Assembly (NCBI GenBank): GCA_944389345.1
Contig: CALXMA010000001.1
Span: 1,623 to 65,622, forward strand
Length of the DNA: 64,000 bases
Source: an uncultured Alphaproteobacteria bacterium
GTDB lineage: Bacteria; Pseudomonadota; Alphaproteobacteria; Rs-D84
Direction: 5' to 3'
Both the position numbers and the translations under genes were made by a program. Under the pieces are notes generated by a model that did not search any database, was not told the origin of the DNA, and saw only the letters and a program-made list of their open reading frames with translations. Of this stretch, positions 44,498 through 54,077 are shown in pieces. Positions within the stretch are counted from its first letter, which is position 1. Each line of letters opens with the position of its first letter.

Positions 44498-46573
44498 TTA
44501 ATCTTCCAAGAAACTGCGCAGTTTGCGTGCACGTGTTGGGTGCTTTAATTTATTCAACGCCTTTTGTTCTATTTGGCGGATACGTTCACGTGTCACGCCG
44601 ATGTATGCACCAACTTCTTCCAGGGTACTGGTGGTGTTCGTGCTCATACCAAAGCGCTGGCGCAGGACAGTTTCCTCTTTGGGATCCAATTCCGACAAAA
44701 TTTGTGTCACAATTTTACGCAGGTTCTTTTGCGCGGCGGACACAAATGGATTTTTGGCGGTTTCGTCCGCGATGATTTCGATACGACTGCTGTCGTCTTC
44801 GGTGCCGACGGGGGCCTCTAATGAAATTGGTTTCAGGTTAACCTTCATGGCCTTGTGTATTTTATCCACAGGCAGATAGATTATCTTGGACAATTCTTCG
44901 GCGGTTGGTTGACGTCCGTATTTATGCATAAACTGGCGCGATGCACGTTGAATCTTGTGAATGTTGTCTATCATGTGCACAGGAATTCGAATGGTGCGTG
45001 CCTGGTCCGCGATACTGCGCGATATGCCCTGTTGTATCCAGTTAGTGGCATACGTGGAAAATTTATTCCCCAGACGATAGTCAAATTTATCCACCGCCTT
45101 CATCAATCCGATATTACCGTCCTGGACCAGGTCAGAAAAATCCAACCCCAGGCCACGATTACTGGATTTTTTTGCAAATTTAATTACCAGACGTAAATTC
45201 GCCTCTATCATTTCGCGTTTTGCACGGGCGGCCTCGGTCTGGCCACGGCGCACCAGTTCAACAACCTTTTTATATTCGCCGGTGGGCTGGCCCGTTTCTT
45301 GGGCGATTGCGGTAATATCATCTTGGATTTTCAAGATGTCTTGTTCGTGTTTCTTGGCGAAATTTACCCACACTGGATTTTTGTGCTTCATCAGTTTCTT
45401 TACCCAGTTGCGGTTGATTTCGTTGCCAACATATTCGGCCAAGAAATCTTCGCGTTTAATCTTGTTCGCCAATGCCAGACGTAATAATTTACCTTCCAGC
45501 CCCATTAACAACTGGTCGCGCTTGGTCAATTGTTCCAAGATTTCTGCGATACGATCGTCGTTCAGGCGAATCTTGCTGACATGTTCGAATAATTCCAAAC
45601 GCATTTTGACGTATTTCTTTTCCAGGGCTTCGTCTGGTTTGGATGAAGACAACAGATTTTCCAGACGTTTGGCCTGTAATTTTTGCATACTGTTAAATAT
45701 GCGTTTAATTTTGCCGAACAGTTCCGTTATCATTGGCATCAGGGCCTCTTCCATTACAGGAATTGGAACACCGGATGTTCCACGCGGACTGTCTTCTTTT
45801 TTGATGCCGTCGTCGTCATCGTCTTCGTCGTCTTCGTCATCGCTGATGGTGGATTCTTCTAAATCGTCCAAATCATCGTCGTCCAATTCGTCTACGTGTT
45901 CAACACCCTTGGATTTCAGGGCCTCGGATAATGCGGCCAATGATTTTTGTTCAGATTCACTGGAATACATTACTTCCAAATTAACGATATAACGCAATCT
46001 GATGTCGTCATTCAGCAATTGTTGATACCAATCCAGCATTGCCTTGATTGTCATCGGACTTTCGCACAAACCATACACCATCAGGCGTGATGCGGCCTCG
46101 ATACGTTGGGCAATTGCGACCTCGCCCGCGGCGGTTAATAATTGCACCGTGCCGATTTGTTTCAAATACGATTGCACGGAATCTTGGACACCCAGTACCA
46201 AGTTGCCCGTCTGACTGCGTTCTAATTGTTTGGCATAATGTTCATAATCTTCGTCATTGACGTCAACCTGTTCCGCGTCGGCGTTCAACAAATTACGTGT
46301 TTTATCCAACGATTCTTCGTTGTCGTCGTCATAGTATTTTTCCAGATTTTGTGAAAAACTGTCTGTCTCTAAGACTTCCAGACCCAAATCTTGTTGAAAG
46401 AAATCCAGTACTTCGTCTTGTTCTTCTGATGGAACCTCGTCCGCTTCGGTTGCGGAATCGAAATCGATGCGCGATAAATAACCAACCTCTATGGCAGAGG
46501 TTGCAAGTTTTTGTAAATTTTCTGGCAAAGAATCAATCAGTAATTTTGTTGCTTCGTCCAATTTTTTAGCCAT
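44498..46573 (-). CDS. rpoD: RNA polymerase sigma factor RpoD (sigma70)
   Basis: Region 2 [30 protein letters not shown]; region 4 [20 protein letters not shown]; acidic insert [12 protein letters not shown]. Confidence 0.98.
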   Translation of the reverse strand: MAKKLDEATKLLIDSLPENLQKLATSAIEVGYLSRIDFDSATEADEVPSEEQDEVLDFFQQDLGLEVLETDSFSQNLEKYYDDDNEESLDKTRNLLNADAEQVDVNDEDYEHYAKQLERSQTGNLVLGVQDSVQSYLKQIGTVQLLTAAGEVAIAQRIEAASRLMVYGLCESPMTIKAMLDWYQQLLNDDIRLRYIVNLEVMYSSESEQKSLAALSEALKSKGVEHVDELDDDDLDDLEESTISDDEDDEDDDDDGIKKEDSPRGTSGVPIPVMEEALMPMITELFGKIKRIFNSMQKLQAKRLENLLSSSKPDEALEKKYVKMRLELFEHVSKIRLNDDRIAEILEQLTKRDQLLMGLEGKLLRLALANKIKREDFLAEYVGNEINRNWVKKLMKHKNPVWVNFAKKHEQDILKIQDDITAIAQETGQPTGEYKKVVELVRRGQTEAARAKREMIEANLRLVIKFAKKSSNRGLGLDFSDLVQDGNIGLMKAVDKFDYRLGNKFSTYATNWIQQGISRSIADQARTIRIPVHMIDNIHKIQRASRQFMHKYGRQPTAEELSKIIYLPVDKIHKAMKVNLKPISLEAPVGTEDDSSRIEIIADETAKNPFVSAAQKNLRKIVTQILSELDPKEETVLRQRFGMSTNTTSTLEEVGAYIGVTRERIRQIEQKALNKLKHPTRARKLRSFLED

Positions 46574-46608
46574 AAACGAACCTTCTTATGTTTTTTAAGT
46601 TTGTTCTT

Positions 46609-47127
46609 TTATTTTTTTGCCTTGGCGACCGCATCATGCAATGCAGATTCTGAAACCAAACCCAGAACAATTGGACTTTGAATTTGAATTTCTGAATATG
46701 ATTTATGTGTTTTGTTGCGCACAGATGCAACAGTTGGATTTGTACTGCGCATCAGGCGGGCAATCTGCCCATCTGATAATTCTGGGTAATTTTTGATAAT
46801 CCATAAAATTCCACCCAAACGATTTTGACGATGCAATTTCGGTGTATATCCGACGCCTTTTTTATTTTGTGCCTTTTGCGCGTTAACAATTTCTTGGCGC
46901 AAAGTCAAACGTGCGGACGAATCCGCTTCGCACTTTTCAATATCTTCGCGTGTCAATTGACCGTTCAAGATTGGATTTAATCCCTGAATCTTTGATGTTT
47001 CAGCATCGGCAATATTTTTAACCTCTAATTCATGCAAACCACAGAAATCCGCGATTTGTTCGAATGTCAACGACGTGTTTTCAATCAACCACAGCGCTGT
47101 GGATTTTGGCATATATGGGTAATTCAT
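46609..47127 (-). CDS. DUF1013 protein (TrcR-like, alphaproteobacteria-specific)
   Basis: MPKSTALWLIENTSLTFEQIADFCGLHELEVKNIAD. Confidence 0.75.
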   Translation of the reverse strand: MNYPYMPKSTALWLIENTSLTFEQIADFCGLHELEVKNIADAETSKIQGLNPILNGQLTREDIEKCEADSSARLTLRQEIVNAQKAQNKKGVGYTPKLHRQNRLGGILWIIKNYPELSDGQIARLMRSTNPTVASVRNKTHKSYSEIQIQSPIVLGLVSESALHDAVAKAKK

Positions 47128-47203
47128 GAACGTTCCTCTTGTTGCTGGGGGGTAATATACACTAAAACGCCCCTAAATTCAAGACCTTTTTACACAAAAT
47201 TAC

Positions 47204-47240
47204 ACACCACGGTTAAAAGTTTCCGTGGTGTGATTTTATA
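47204..47240 (-). terminator. intrinsic terminator downstream of cysS
   Basis: 10-bp stem cacaccacgg/ccgtggtgtg with a U-rich tail on the minus strand. Confidence 0.6.
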
Positions 47241-47253
47241 CACAATTTTTACG

Positions 47254-48672
47254 TTATGCACGTTTGACGATTTTTGTCCCGTCGCGCGTATCAACAACCG
47301 TCCAGCCCGCGTTTTCTATTTGTGCACGGATTTCGTCCGCACGGGCCCAATCTTTGTTTTCTTTGGCCGCGCGTCGCGCGTCCGCCAATGCCACGATTTC
47401 CGCCGGCACGGTTTCGGATTCCGCATCGTTTAATTTTTTTGCACGGTCAATAAATTGCAGTCCCAACAGGCGGTCTATGAATTCAAACAGTGCAATTTTG
47501 GTTGCAGAATTAACGTTCGTATCACGCAGTAATTCGTGAACCAGCACCAATGTTTCTGCGGTTTTCATATTGTCCGATATGGTGGCCAACATCTTGTCGT
47601 GCCATTCGTTGAATACGGCCGTATCCAATGGGGCAGAATCATGATCTTTTAGTAATTCTGCGATACGACGGACCATGGATTTATAACCATTGCTGGCCGC
47701 GTCCAGGGCATCAAACGAAAAATCCAAAGGCTGGCGATAATGTCCCATCAACAGCATATAACGAAACGCCATCGGGTCATAACCACGGTCTATTAAATCT
47801 TGGACCGTCAGAAAATCGCCCGAAGATTTAGACATTTTTCCGTCTTTGGACAACAGCCATTCGTAATGAACCCAATAATTTACCCACGGTTTTCCAACAA
47901 TAGGTTCGCTTTGTGCGATTTCGTCGGTATGATGAACCTTGATATGCTCTTGGCCACCGACGTGAATGTCAAAGTGCGGGCCCAATAATTTCATGCTCAT
48001 GGCACTGCATTCGATATGCCATCCGGGGAATCCGACGCCCCACGGACTGTCCCATTCCATTGCGCGCTTTTTATCCGTTGGCGAAAATTTCCATAATGCA
48101 AAGTCGGTCGGGTTGCGTTTCCCAGAATCATCTATGCGTGCCCCGCCCCGTAATTCTGACAAGTTTTGACCGCCCAGTGCACCATAATCTGTGAATTTAC
48201 TGGTGTCATAATAAATACCGTCGCCCGGGATTTCGTATGTATAGCCCAATTCTTGTAATTTCTGAACCTGGGCGATTTGTTCGGCAATATAGTCTGTGGC
48301 GCGTGGCATTTCTGTGGGTCGGATTATGTTTAATGAATCTATGTCGCGCAAAAATGAATTTATATACTTTTGGGCGATGTCCCATACAGACATTTTTTCA
48401 CGGGCGGCGCCCTTTTCCATTTTATCTTCGCCGGTGTCTTCGTCGCTGGTCAGGTGGCCGACGTCGGTGATGTTCATAACGTGATGCACATCATAACCGT
48501 TTTCAATAAACATTCGTTTCAAAATATCACTGTTAACAAAACTGCGCATATTGCCAATGTGTTGATCCCAATAGACCGTCGGACCGCACGAATAAAACCC
48601 CATTTTGCCGGGAACCAATGGTTTGAATTCTTCGATTTTACGACTCATTGTATTAAATAATTTGATTGTCAT
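47254..48672 (-). CDS. cysS: cysteine--tRNA ligase
   Basis: YSCGPTVYWDQHIGN (HIGH region), GWHIECS, KMSKSSG (KMSKS). Confidence 0.97.
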   Translation of the reverse strand: MTIKLFNTMSRKIEEFKPLVPGKMGFYSCGPTVYWDQHIGNMRSFVNSDILKRMFIENGYDVHHVMNITDVGHLTSDEDTGEDKMEKGAAREKMSVWDIAQKYINSFLRDIDSLNIIRPTEMPRATDYIAEQIAQVQKLQELGYTYEIPGDGIYYDTSKFTDYGALGGQNLSELRGGARIDDSGKRNPTDFALWKFSPTDKKRAMEWDSPWGVGFPGWHIECSAMSMKLLGPHFDIHVGGQEHIKVHHTDEIAQSEPIVGKPWVNYWVHYEWLLSKDGKMSKSSGDFLTVQDLIDRGYDPMAFRYMLLMGHYRQPLDFSFDALDAASNGYKSMVRRIAELLKDHDSAPLDTAVFNEWHDKMLATISDNMKTAETLVLVHELLRDTNVNSATKIALFEFIDRLLGLQFIDRAKKLNDAESETVPAEIVALADARRAAKENKDWARADEIRAQIENAGWTVVDTRDGTKIVKRA

Positions 48673-48978
48673 GTGCGGGTCCTTTTATAATATCTGGGAT
48701 ATAACTAAACAGAATTTTGTGCGCAAACGAAACATGTTTGCAATGTGGCAAATTTAGCAACAACAACAACAAGATAAAAACTGTTTCATGCCAATTATGT
48801 TATACCATATTGCATAAATTTGCAACCGGTATTTTTATGGATTTTTTGATAGATTGATAAAAGGATTGTGTTTTCGCCCGCAACGATTTGTCTGCGCAAT
48901 ATGCTTGTCAAATCTGCTCCGTATCGAACCTATGCGGTTCTCGTACATTAATGTTCGCCCACCATTTTTTATAAAAAA

Positions 48979-49067
48979 TGGCGGAGCGTATAGGACTCGA
49001 ACCTATGGACCGCTATAACACGGTCACGGATTAGCAATCCGCTGCATTACCACTCTGCCAACGCTCC
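48979..49067 (-). tRNA. tRNA-Ser (anticodon GCU), long variable arm, CCA encoded
   Basis: Reverse complement ggagcgt..cggat-tGCTaat-atccg..long variable arm..atagg-ttcgagt-cctat-acgctcc-g-cca. Confidence 0.9.
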
Positions 49068-49154
49068 GCAAGTGTGCGTCGGATATTGTAATATAAAACA
49101 GTTTTGAAAAGCAAGCGTAAAAATAAAAAAATCGCCCAAACGGGCGATTTTTGT

Positions 49155-50927
49155 TTATTTATCTTCGGCATCATGATCCGGGGCACAGAATTCCACATCG
49201 CGCGTCATTGCCAAGAATTTTTCCGCACGACGGGCCGGCAATTCTTCCACAGGTATTTGCTGTAATTCTGTGATATGTTCCGCAACCGCGGTTCCCAACA
49301 GTTCCATTGTGGTTTGCCAATCTGTATGCGCCCCGCCCGCTGGTTCGTCAACAATCTGGTCAATTATGTTCAAATTGGCCATGTCGCGCGCCGTCAGTTT
49401 CATCGCCGTTGCCGCCACAGATTTATATTTGTTGTCTTTCCACAAAATGCTGGCACAGGATTCCGGGGCAATCACCGAATAAATTGTATTTTCCAGCATC
49501 AACACCCGATCGCCGGTACCAATTGCGATTGCACCGCCACTGCCCCCTTCGCCGACATTGACGGCGACATACGGTGTTTTGATACTAAGTCCTGTTGCAA
49601 TAGATGACGCGACGGCCTGGGACTGGCCACGTTCTTCGGCGGCACTGCCGGCGAATGCGCCCGCCGTATCAAACAGCGATATCAAAGGCAATTCAAATTT
49701 TTCCGCCAAACGCATCAGTCGTTGGGCCTTGCGATAACCTTCGGGATTGGGCATTCCAAAACGATGGAATTGACGCGTTTCAATGGTGCGCCCCTTTTCT
49801 TGGCCGATAATCACGGCCGGAATACCACGCCAGTATCCAATACCACCGCACATGGCCGGGTCTTCGCCGAACAATCTGTCGCCGGCCAAATATGTCCAGT
49901 CTTCAACAATCCCATTGATATAATCCAGAAAATGCGGACGATTTTCATTTCGGGCCAACAAAACCTTGTCATAGGCATCACTTTCGCCCATGCCACGAAC
50001 CTTTTTCCCGTCGGACAACGGTGTCGCGACATTAATAGTGTGCGGATTGTGCGGTTGTTTGGTTAATACGGCCAAAATCTTTTCCAATTTAGCCTTTAAT
50101 TCCGCACGCGGTACGACCATATCGACCATTCCATGTTCGTACAGATATTCCGCGGTTTGAAAGTCCGCCGGCAATTTTTCGCGTATATTTTGTTCAATAA
50201 CACGACGGCCTGCGAATCCGATACGGGCGCCTTTTTCCGCAATGTGAATATCCCCCAGCATCGCGAATGACGCCGTAACGCCACCGAATGTCGGGTCGGT
50301 TAACAGCACAATATACGGTATGCCGTTTGCGTGCAATTTATTAACCGCAACTGTTGTGCGTGCCATCTGCATCAAAGACAAAATGTTTTCCTGCATACGG
50401 GCGCCACCACTGCATGTCACCATGATGAATGGTTGTTTTTTTTCTATGGCGTGTTCCATGCTGGCCACTATGCCATCACCGGCCGCACGCCCCATAGACC
50501 CCAGCATAAAATCCCCGTTCAGCACACAGATTGTCGTGGGAATTCCACCAATGACACCGTCGGCCGTCGTGACCGCATCGTTGTATCCGGTTTCCGCACG
50601 CGATTCCGCCAAGCGGTCTTTATATGCCTTGCGGTCAACAAAGTTTAATGGGTCGTCCGAAACGATTGGCAATTGCAGGCGTTCCCATTCAATATTATCA
50701 AACAACAAATCAAACCGCTGTTTCGGTGTCATAATAAACGCACGGCCACAGCGTGGACATATATAATGATTTGTTTTATAATCCTTGTAATACACCAAAC
50801 GCCCACAGGATTCGCACTTAATCCACATCAGACGACGAATCCGGTCATAGCGTTCACGATTATGATTTTTAATTCCTGATTTTTTACCAAACAACATTTT
50901 TATACCTGTTTGTTTTTCTTTATTCAT
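49155..50927 (-). CDS. accDA: acetyl-CoA carboxylase carboxyltransferase, fused beta (AccD) and alpha (AccA) subunits
   Basis: N-terminal half: CESCGRLVYYKDYKTNHYICPRCG zinc ribbon, SGGARMQE, GFAGRRVIEQ. C-terminal half: RPHFLDYI, GDRLFGEDPAM, FGMPNPEGYRKA, GEGGSGGA, EPAGGAH. Confidence 0.9.
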   Translation of the reverse strand: MNKEKQTGIKMLFGKKSGIKNHNRERYDRIRRLMWIKCESCGRLVYYKDYKTNHYICPRCGRAFIMTPKQRFDLLFDNIEWERLQLPIVSDDPLNFVDRKAYKDRLAESRAETGYNDAVTTADGVIGGIPTTICVLNGDFMLGSMGRAAGDGIVASMEHAIEKKQPFIMVTCSGGARMQENILSLMQMARTTVAVNKLHANGIPYIVLLTDPTFGGVTASFAMLGDIHIAEKGARIGFAGRRVIEQNIREKLPADFQTAEYLYEHGMVDMVVPRAELKAKLEKILAVLTKQPHNPHTINVATPLSDGKKVRGMGESDAYDKVLLARNENRPHFLDYINGIVEDWTYLAGDRLFGEDPAMCGGIGYWRGIPAVIIGQEKGRTIETRQFHRFGMPNPEGYRKAQRLMRLAEKFELPLISLFDTAGAFAGSAAEERGQSQAVASSIATGLSIKTPYVAVNVGEGGSGGAIAIGTGDRVLMLENTIYSVIAPESCASILWKDNKYKSVAATAMKLTARDMANLNIIDQIVDEPAGGAHTDWQTTMELLGTAVAEHITELQQIPVEELPARRAEKFLAMTRDVEFCAPDHDAEDK

Positions 50928-51198
50928 TCATTTCTTTGGTCAGTTCACGACTGGGCTTGAACAAAATTGTCGTGCTGGCCGCCAGATGCATTGGCTGGCC
51001 GGTACAGGGGTTATACCCAATCTTGGTCGCGCGGGCACGCGGTTGGAATGTGCCGAAACCACGAACCTCTATTCTGTTGCCGTTGGCCACAGATTCAATC
51101 ATTTGATCCGCAATGGTGTCCAACATCTGGGCCGCATCAGTGGCACGCATGTGTTTGAACTGGACCTGGATAGAGCGCACAATATCAGAACGTTTCAT
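50920..51198 (-). CDS. ihfB: integration host factor subunit beta
   Basis: NRIEVRGFGTFQPRARATKIGYNPCTGQPMHLAASTTILFKPSRELT; 8-nt overlap with the longest accDA ORF. Confidence 0.88.
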   Translation of the reverse strand: MKRSDIVRSIQVQFKHMRATDAAQMLDTIADQMIESVANGNRIEVRGFGTFQPRARATKIGYNPCTGQPMHLAASTTILFKPSRELTKEMNE

Positions 51199-51334
51199 CT
51201 TTGTTTCCTTTCATTCTTTTGCAGTATATTATTTATTTCTTAACTGATTTTATCAAGAATAAAGTTTTTTGCCACATAAAAAATGCGGTAATTCACAACC
51301 GAATATACGCAAATTACAATATGATACCACTGTA

Positions 51335-51679
51335 TTAAAACTTTAACGGAAAATCGCGAATATCCATTGGTACACCGTCGCGTTCAGGATTCCATTGATA
51401 TTCGTCCATGCGTACCTTTTTATCACGGGTAAATTTTACACCTTCGGATTTTAACGCCTTGTATTGTTGTTCGAAAAATCCGGCGCCACACAGCGAACCG
51501 TCTTTGAACACCACGCGGTGCCACGGCAGATGCCAACTGTTTTTATTATTGGACGCATATCCCACAAAGCGCGCCATACGTGGTCGACCAATCATACGTG
51601 CAATTTGGCCAAATGTTGCCACCCGCCCCGCCGGGATTCGTGCAACAATATCATAAACTTGTTCATTAAACGATTTCAT
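51335..51679 (-). CDS. alkyltransferase-like (ATL) protein: MGMT DNA-binding domain with Trp in place of the acceptor Cys
   Basis: VYDIVARIPAGRVATFGQIARMIG...LPWHRVV (PWHRV instead of PCHRV). Confidence 0.75.
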   Translation of the reverse strand: MKSFNEQVYDIVARIPAGRVATFGQIARMIGRPRMARFVGYASNNKNSWHLPWHRVVFKDGSLCGAGFFEQQYKALKSEGVKFTRDKKVRMDEYQWNPERDGVPMDIRDFPLKF

Positions 51680-51899
51680 GACGATAATATTGTATCGCAT
51701 CGCCCAAAAAATCAAATTGTTTTTGGTTAGATGAATAAAAAACTCGTTTGACTGTGTTTATGTAAAAGATGTACAATTTTGGTAAATAGGTTAAATTCTT
51801 GGTGCCTGCGATTGCAGAACGAAAGGTACTGCATATACAGCCTTATATTTCACGGGCTATTGTTTGACTTATAAAACAAATTATCCTACACTGTCCCTG

Positions 51900-52301
51900 A
51901 TGAAACAATTAATAACTATATTTTTATTAATATTCCCGATATCCGCATATGCCGAATACAAGACAGATATTGAAAAATGCGACGAACAGTTTGAACACGA
52001 TATGGACAGAAATTTAACAGCCTCAGAAATGATTGCGACGACAGATTCACAGGTTGTCTGTTATGAATCTGTCGCGCATAAAATTATTGATAAATATTAT
52101 TCCAAACAATCGGAGGTCATGAAAAATAACCTTCGTGAATCTATAACGGCTTATAAAAAAACCGCAAACGATATGTATAATCCAGACAGATGCTATAATG
52201 CATGTGGTAATTTAACCGCATTGATGGCATACAGTCCTGTTTTGGATTTTATTAAAAATTACATTGAACATTTAACAAATGCTATAAATTCTGATTTTTA
52301 G
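51900..52301 (+). CDS. secreted hypothetical protein
   Basis: Signal peptide MKQLITIFLLIFPISAYA; ATG at 51900 (the track start is a TTG). Confidence 0.5.
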   Translation: MKQLITIFLLIFPISAYAEYKTDIEKCDEQFEHDMDRNLTASEMIATTDSQVVCYESVAHKIIDKYYSKQSEVMKNNLRESITAYKKTANDMYNPDRCYNACGNLTALMAYSPVLDFIKNYIEHLTNAINSDF

Positions 52302-52307
52302 CTTAGC

Positions 52308-52859
52308 TTAATATCTGTTTGTTCGGGCTGTCCAGCCACCTTTGGCCGTCGGCCAGTTGACCATTGTCTGTAATGATTTCATTCTGTTGTCTATCAGTGA
52401 TTTCATAAAATCATTTATTTTATTGTCTGGGATTGCATTTAATGCGGTTATCGTTTGTTTGCCCAGATATCCTGTTTCTGGTAAATTGGCATTCATTTGT
52501 TCATTTAATGTTTGCTGGATTGTTTTTGTTGGAATAGTTGGACCACTCATTACACTCATATCAAATATTGCATTTCGTATACGTGAATTATTTATCTTTG
52601 GTATGTTTGTATTATCCCAATATTCGGCCTTGTATATTTCGCGTGCTTGTTCGGGTGTTAATTTTTTTACATCGGATGGCATGTTTGATTCAGGGTGCTT
52701 TGCAGAATAACTGGTCAGTGTACTTTGTGTGATTCCCATATTGGTTGGTTCGTCATCAATTTGATTACTGCCATCAGTATAACCGCCTTCGCGTTCTGCA
52801 AGTTTTTCATAAGCAATATCAAAATGTTTGTCGTTTATTTTATAATTTTTGTTGTACAT
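52308..52859 (-). CDS. GH108-type lysozyme with C-terminal peptidoglycan-binding domain (no signal peptide)
   Basis: AYEKLAEREGGYTDGSNQIDDEPTNMGITQSTL, AREIYKAEYWD, IFDMSVMSG, GYLGKQTITALNA; ATG at 52859 (the longer track ORF runs into tRNA-Ser). Confidence 0.6.
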   Translation of the reverse strand: MYNKNYKINDKHFDIAYEKLAEREGGYTDGSNQIDDEPTNMGITQSTLTSYSAKHPESNMPSDVKKLTPEQAREIYKAEYWDNTNIPKINNSRIRNAIFDMSVMSGPTIPTKTIQQTLNEQMNANLPETGYLGKQTITALNAIPDNKINDFMKSLIDNRMKSLQTMVNWPTAKGGWTARTNRY

Positions 52860-52881
52860 GGTGTATCCTTTTATTTCAATA

Positions 52882-52912
52882 AAAAAAAATCCCGCGGGGC
52901 GGGATAAAAAAA
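52882..52912 (-). terminator. intrinsic terminator downstream of tRNA-Ser(CGA)
   Basis: stem atcccgc/gcgggat with a T-run on the minus strand. Confidence 0.55.
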
Positions 52913-53010
52913 GACGGGCGCACCGCGTCCGTTTCATTGTGTTTGTGCCGTAATTGTACCATAAAATACGCAAAAATTCAATAAAAAATACCGCATTGCG
53001 GTATAAATCC

Positions 53011-53100
53011 TGGCGGAGACGAAGGGATTTGAACCCTTGATACGGTTGCCCGTATACGCGATTTCGAGTCGCGCGCATTCAACCACTCTGCCACGTCTCC
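53011..53100 (-). tRNA. tRNA-Ser (anticodon CGA), long variable arm, CCA encoded
   Basis: Reverse complement ggagacg..cgcga-ctCGAaa-tcgcg..variable arm..aaggg-ttcaaat-ccctt-cgtctcc-g-cca. Confidence 0.9.
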
Positions 53101-53174
53101 GACGAAGTGTGATTATACAGATTTCGTTTTTATTTGCAAGTGATTTTGACCTTGCATAACGCAATATATGTTTT

Positions 53175-53379
53175 TATAGTGATAACGATATGACGAGTTG
53201 TCATATCGGGGCTTCACAACCCTTTAACCAGCGTCGGTGACGACGATAAATATCCCCAATCTGTAATGGTTGGAGTGCGGTTAATATATTGAATACCCGC
53301 GCAATTCTGGTTAATTGTTGTGAAACTCCAACTACCTAGAATTTGTTGGTGGTTTTGTTTTTAACAAAAAGGGGCTTTT
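53175..53379 (+). promoter_or_regulatory. structured 5' leader copy 3 (TATAGT 53175-53180, helices, weak terminator, RBS) upstream of an outer-membrane protein gene
   Basis: P1 53186-53208 (loop GAGTT), AGCGTCG 53230-53236, B 53268-53276, CAATTCT-N5-ATTGTT 53302-53319, C 53325-53333, hairpin ccaac/gttgg plus T-run. Confidence 0.65.
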
Positions 53380-54048
53380 ATGAACAAAGCAATATTAACT
53401 GGTATATGTGCACTGGGACTGGTTGGAACGGCATGGGCAGAAACCGCGCCAGCATCGGAATTACCAATAAAGGTGTTCGTTGGTGCAAATCTGGCAATGA
53501 CAATGCCAGTATGGTCGAACGATGTAAATGACGTAATGGATCAAATAAGCACAGAATTACCGGGATTAAATTTAGGATTAGGGGGCGAAGCCGGTATAAA
53601 AATTGGTGCGATCGACAAAATATATAATTTTGGATTAAGTGTTGCGTATGATTATATGTTTGATTCTGCCGCAGAGATTGATTATCCATATGATCAATTG
53701 ATATACGAAATAAGCAATGGCTTTTCGGCCATCAGCGTTTTTTTTGATAATTATATAAGATTTGCTGACAACGCCGGCAAACGTAGCGATTTGGTCTTAG
53801 GTATCGGTTATACAAATGGTACAGAACGCATGCAAATGACGCCCGAGCAATTGGGATATGCATATGGATTGAATACAATAGATGTTGATGACACAGGATC
53901 TTTTGTTGGGTTAAAAATTGGATACTTGCAACAAATTACATCAAATCTAGATTTTTCTGCCATGTTACGTGTATTGATTCCGACAGGTAACGGAGGCGAT
54001 GTCGATTCTATATTTAATCTGAGTGCCGGAATTAGATATAATTTCTAA
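53380..54048 (+). CDS. outer-membrane beta-barrel protein (OmpA-like barrel/OmpW-size)
   Basis: Signal peptide MNKAILTGICALGLVGTAWA; alternating amphipathic strands; C-terminal GIRYNF ending in Phe. Confidence 0.65.
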   Translation: MNKAILTGICALGLVGTAWAETAPASELPIKVFVGANLAMTMPVWSNDVNDVMDQISTELPGLNLGLGGEAGIKIGAIDKIYNFGLSVAYDYMFDSAAEIDYPYDQLIYEISNGFSAISVFFDNYIRFADNAGKRSDLVLGIGYTNGTERMQMTPEQLGYAYGLNTIDVDDTGSFVGLKIGYLQQITSNLDFSAMLRVLIPTGNGGDVDSIFNLSAGIRYNF

Positions 54049-54077
54049 TAAAAAACGCCTAATTTGGCGTTTTTTTA

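Noticed and set aside
45282-45992. 236-aa plus-strand ORF inside rpoD with a poly-Ser run
   Set aside because: The poly-Ser run is the complement of the acidic (GAT/GAC/GAA) insert of sigma70. It is a shadow ORF.
52860-53078. N-terminal extension of the GH108 ORF (and similarly 23716-23817 for gdh and 42972-43016 for the small Cys-rich ORF)
   Set aside because: The extensions run through a tRNA gene (GH108), intergenic sequence abutting a tRNA (gdh) or an intrinsic terminator (small Cys-rich ORF). They start at non-ATG codons chosen by the ORF finder. Internal ATGs with an RBS and signal peptide fit better.
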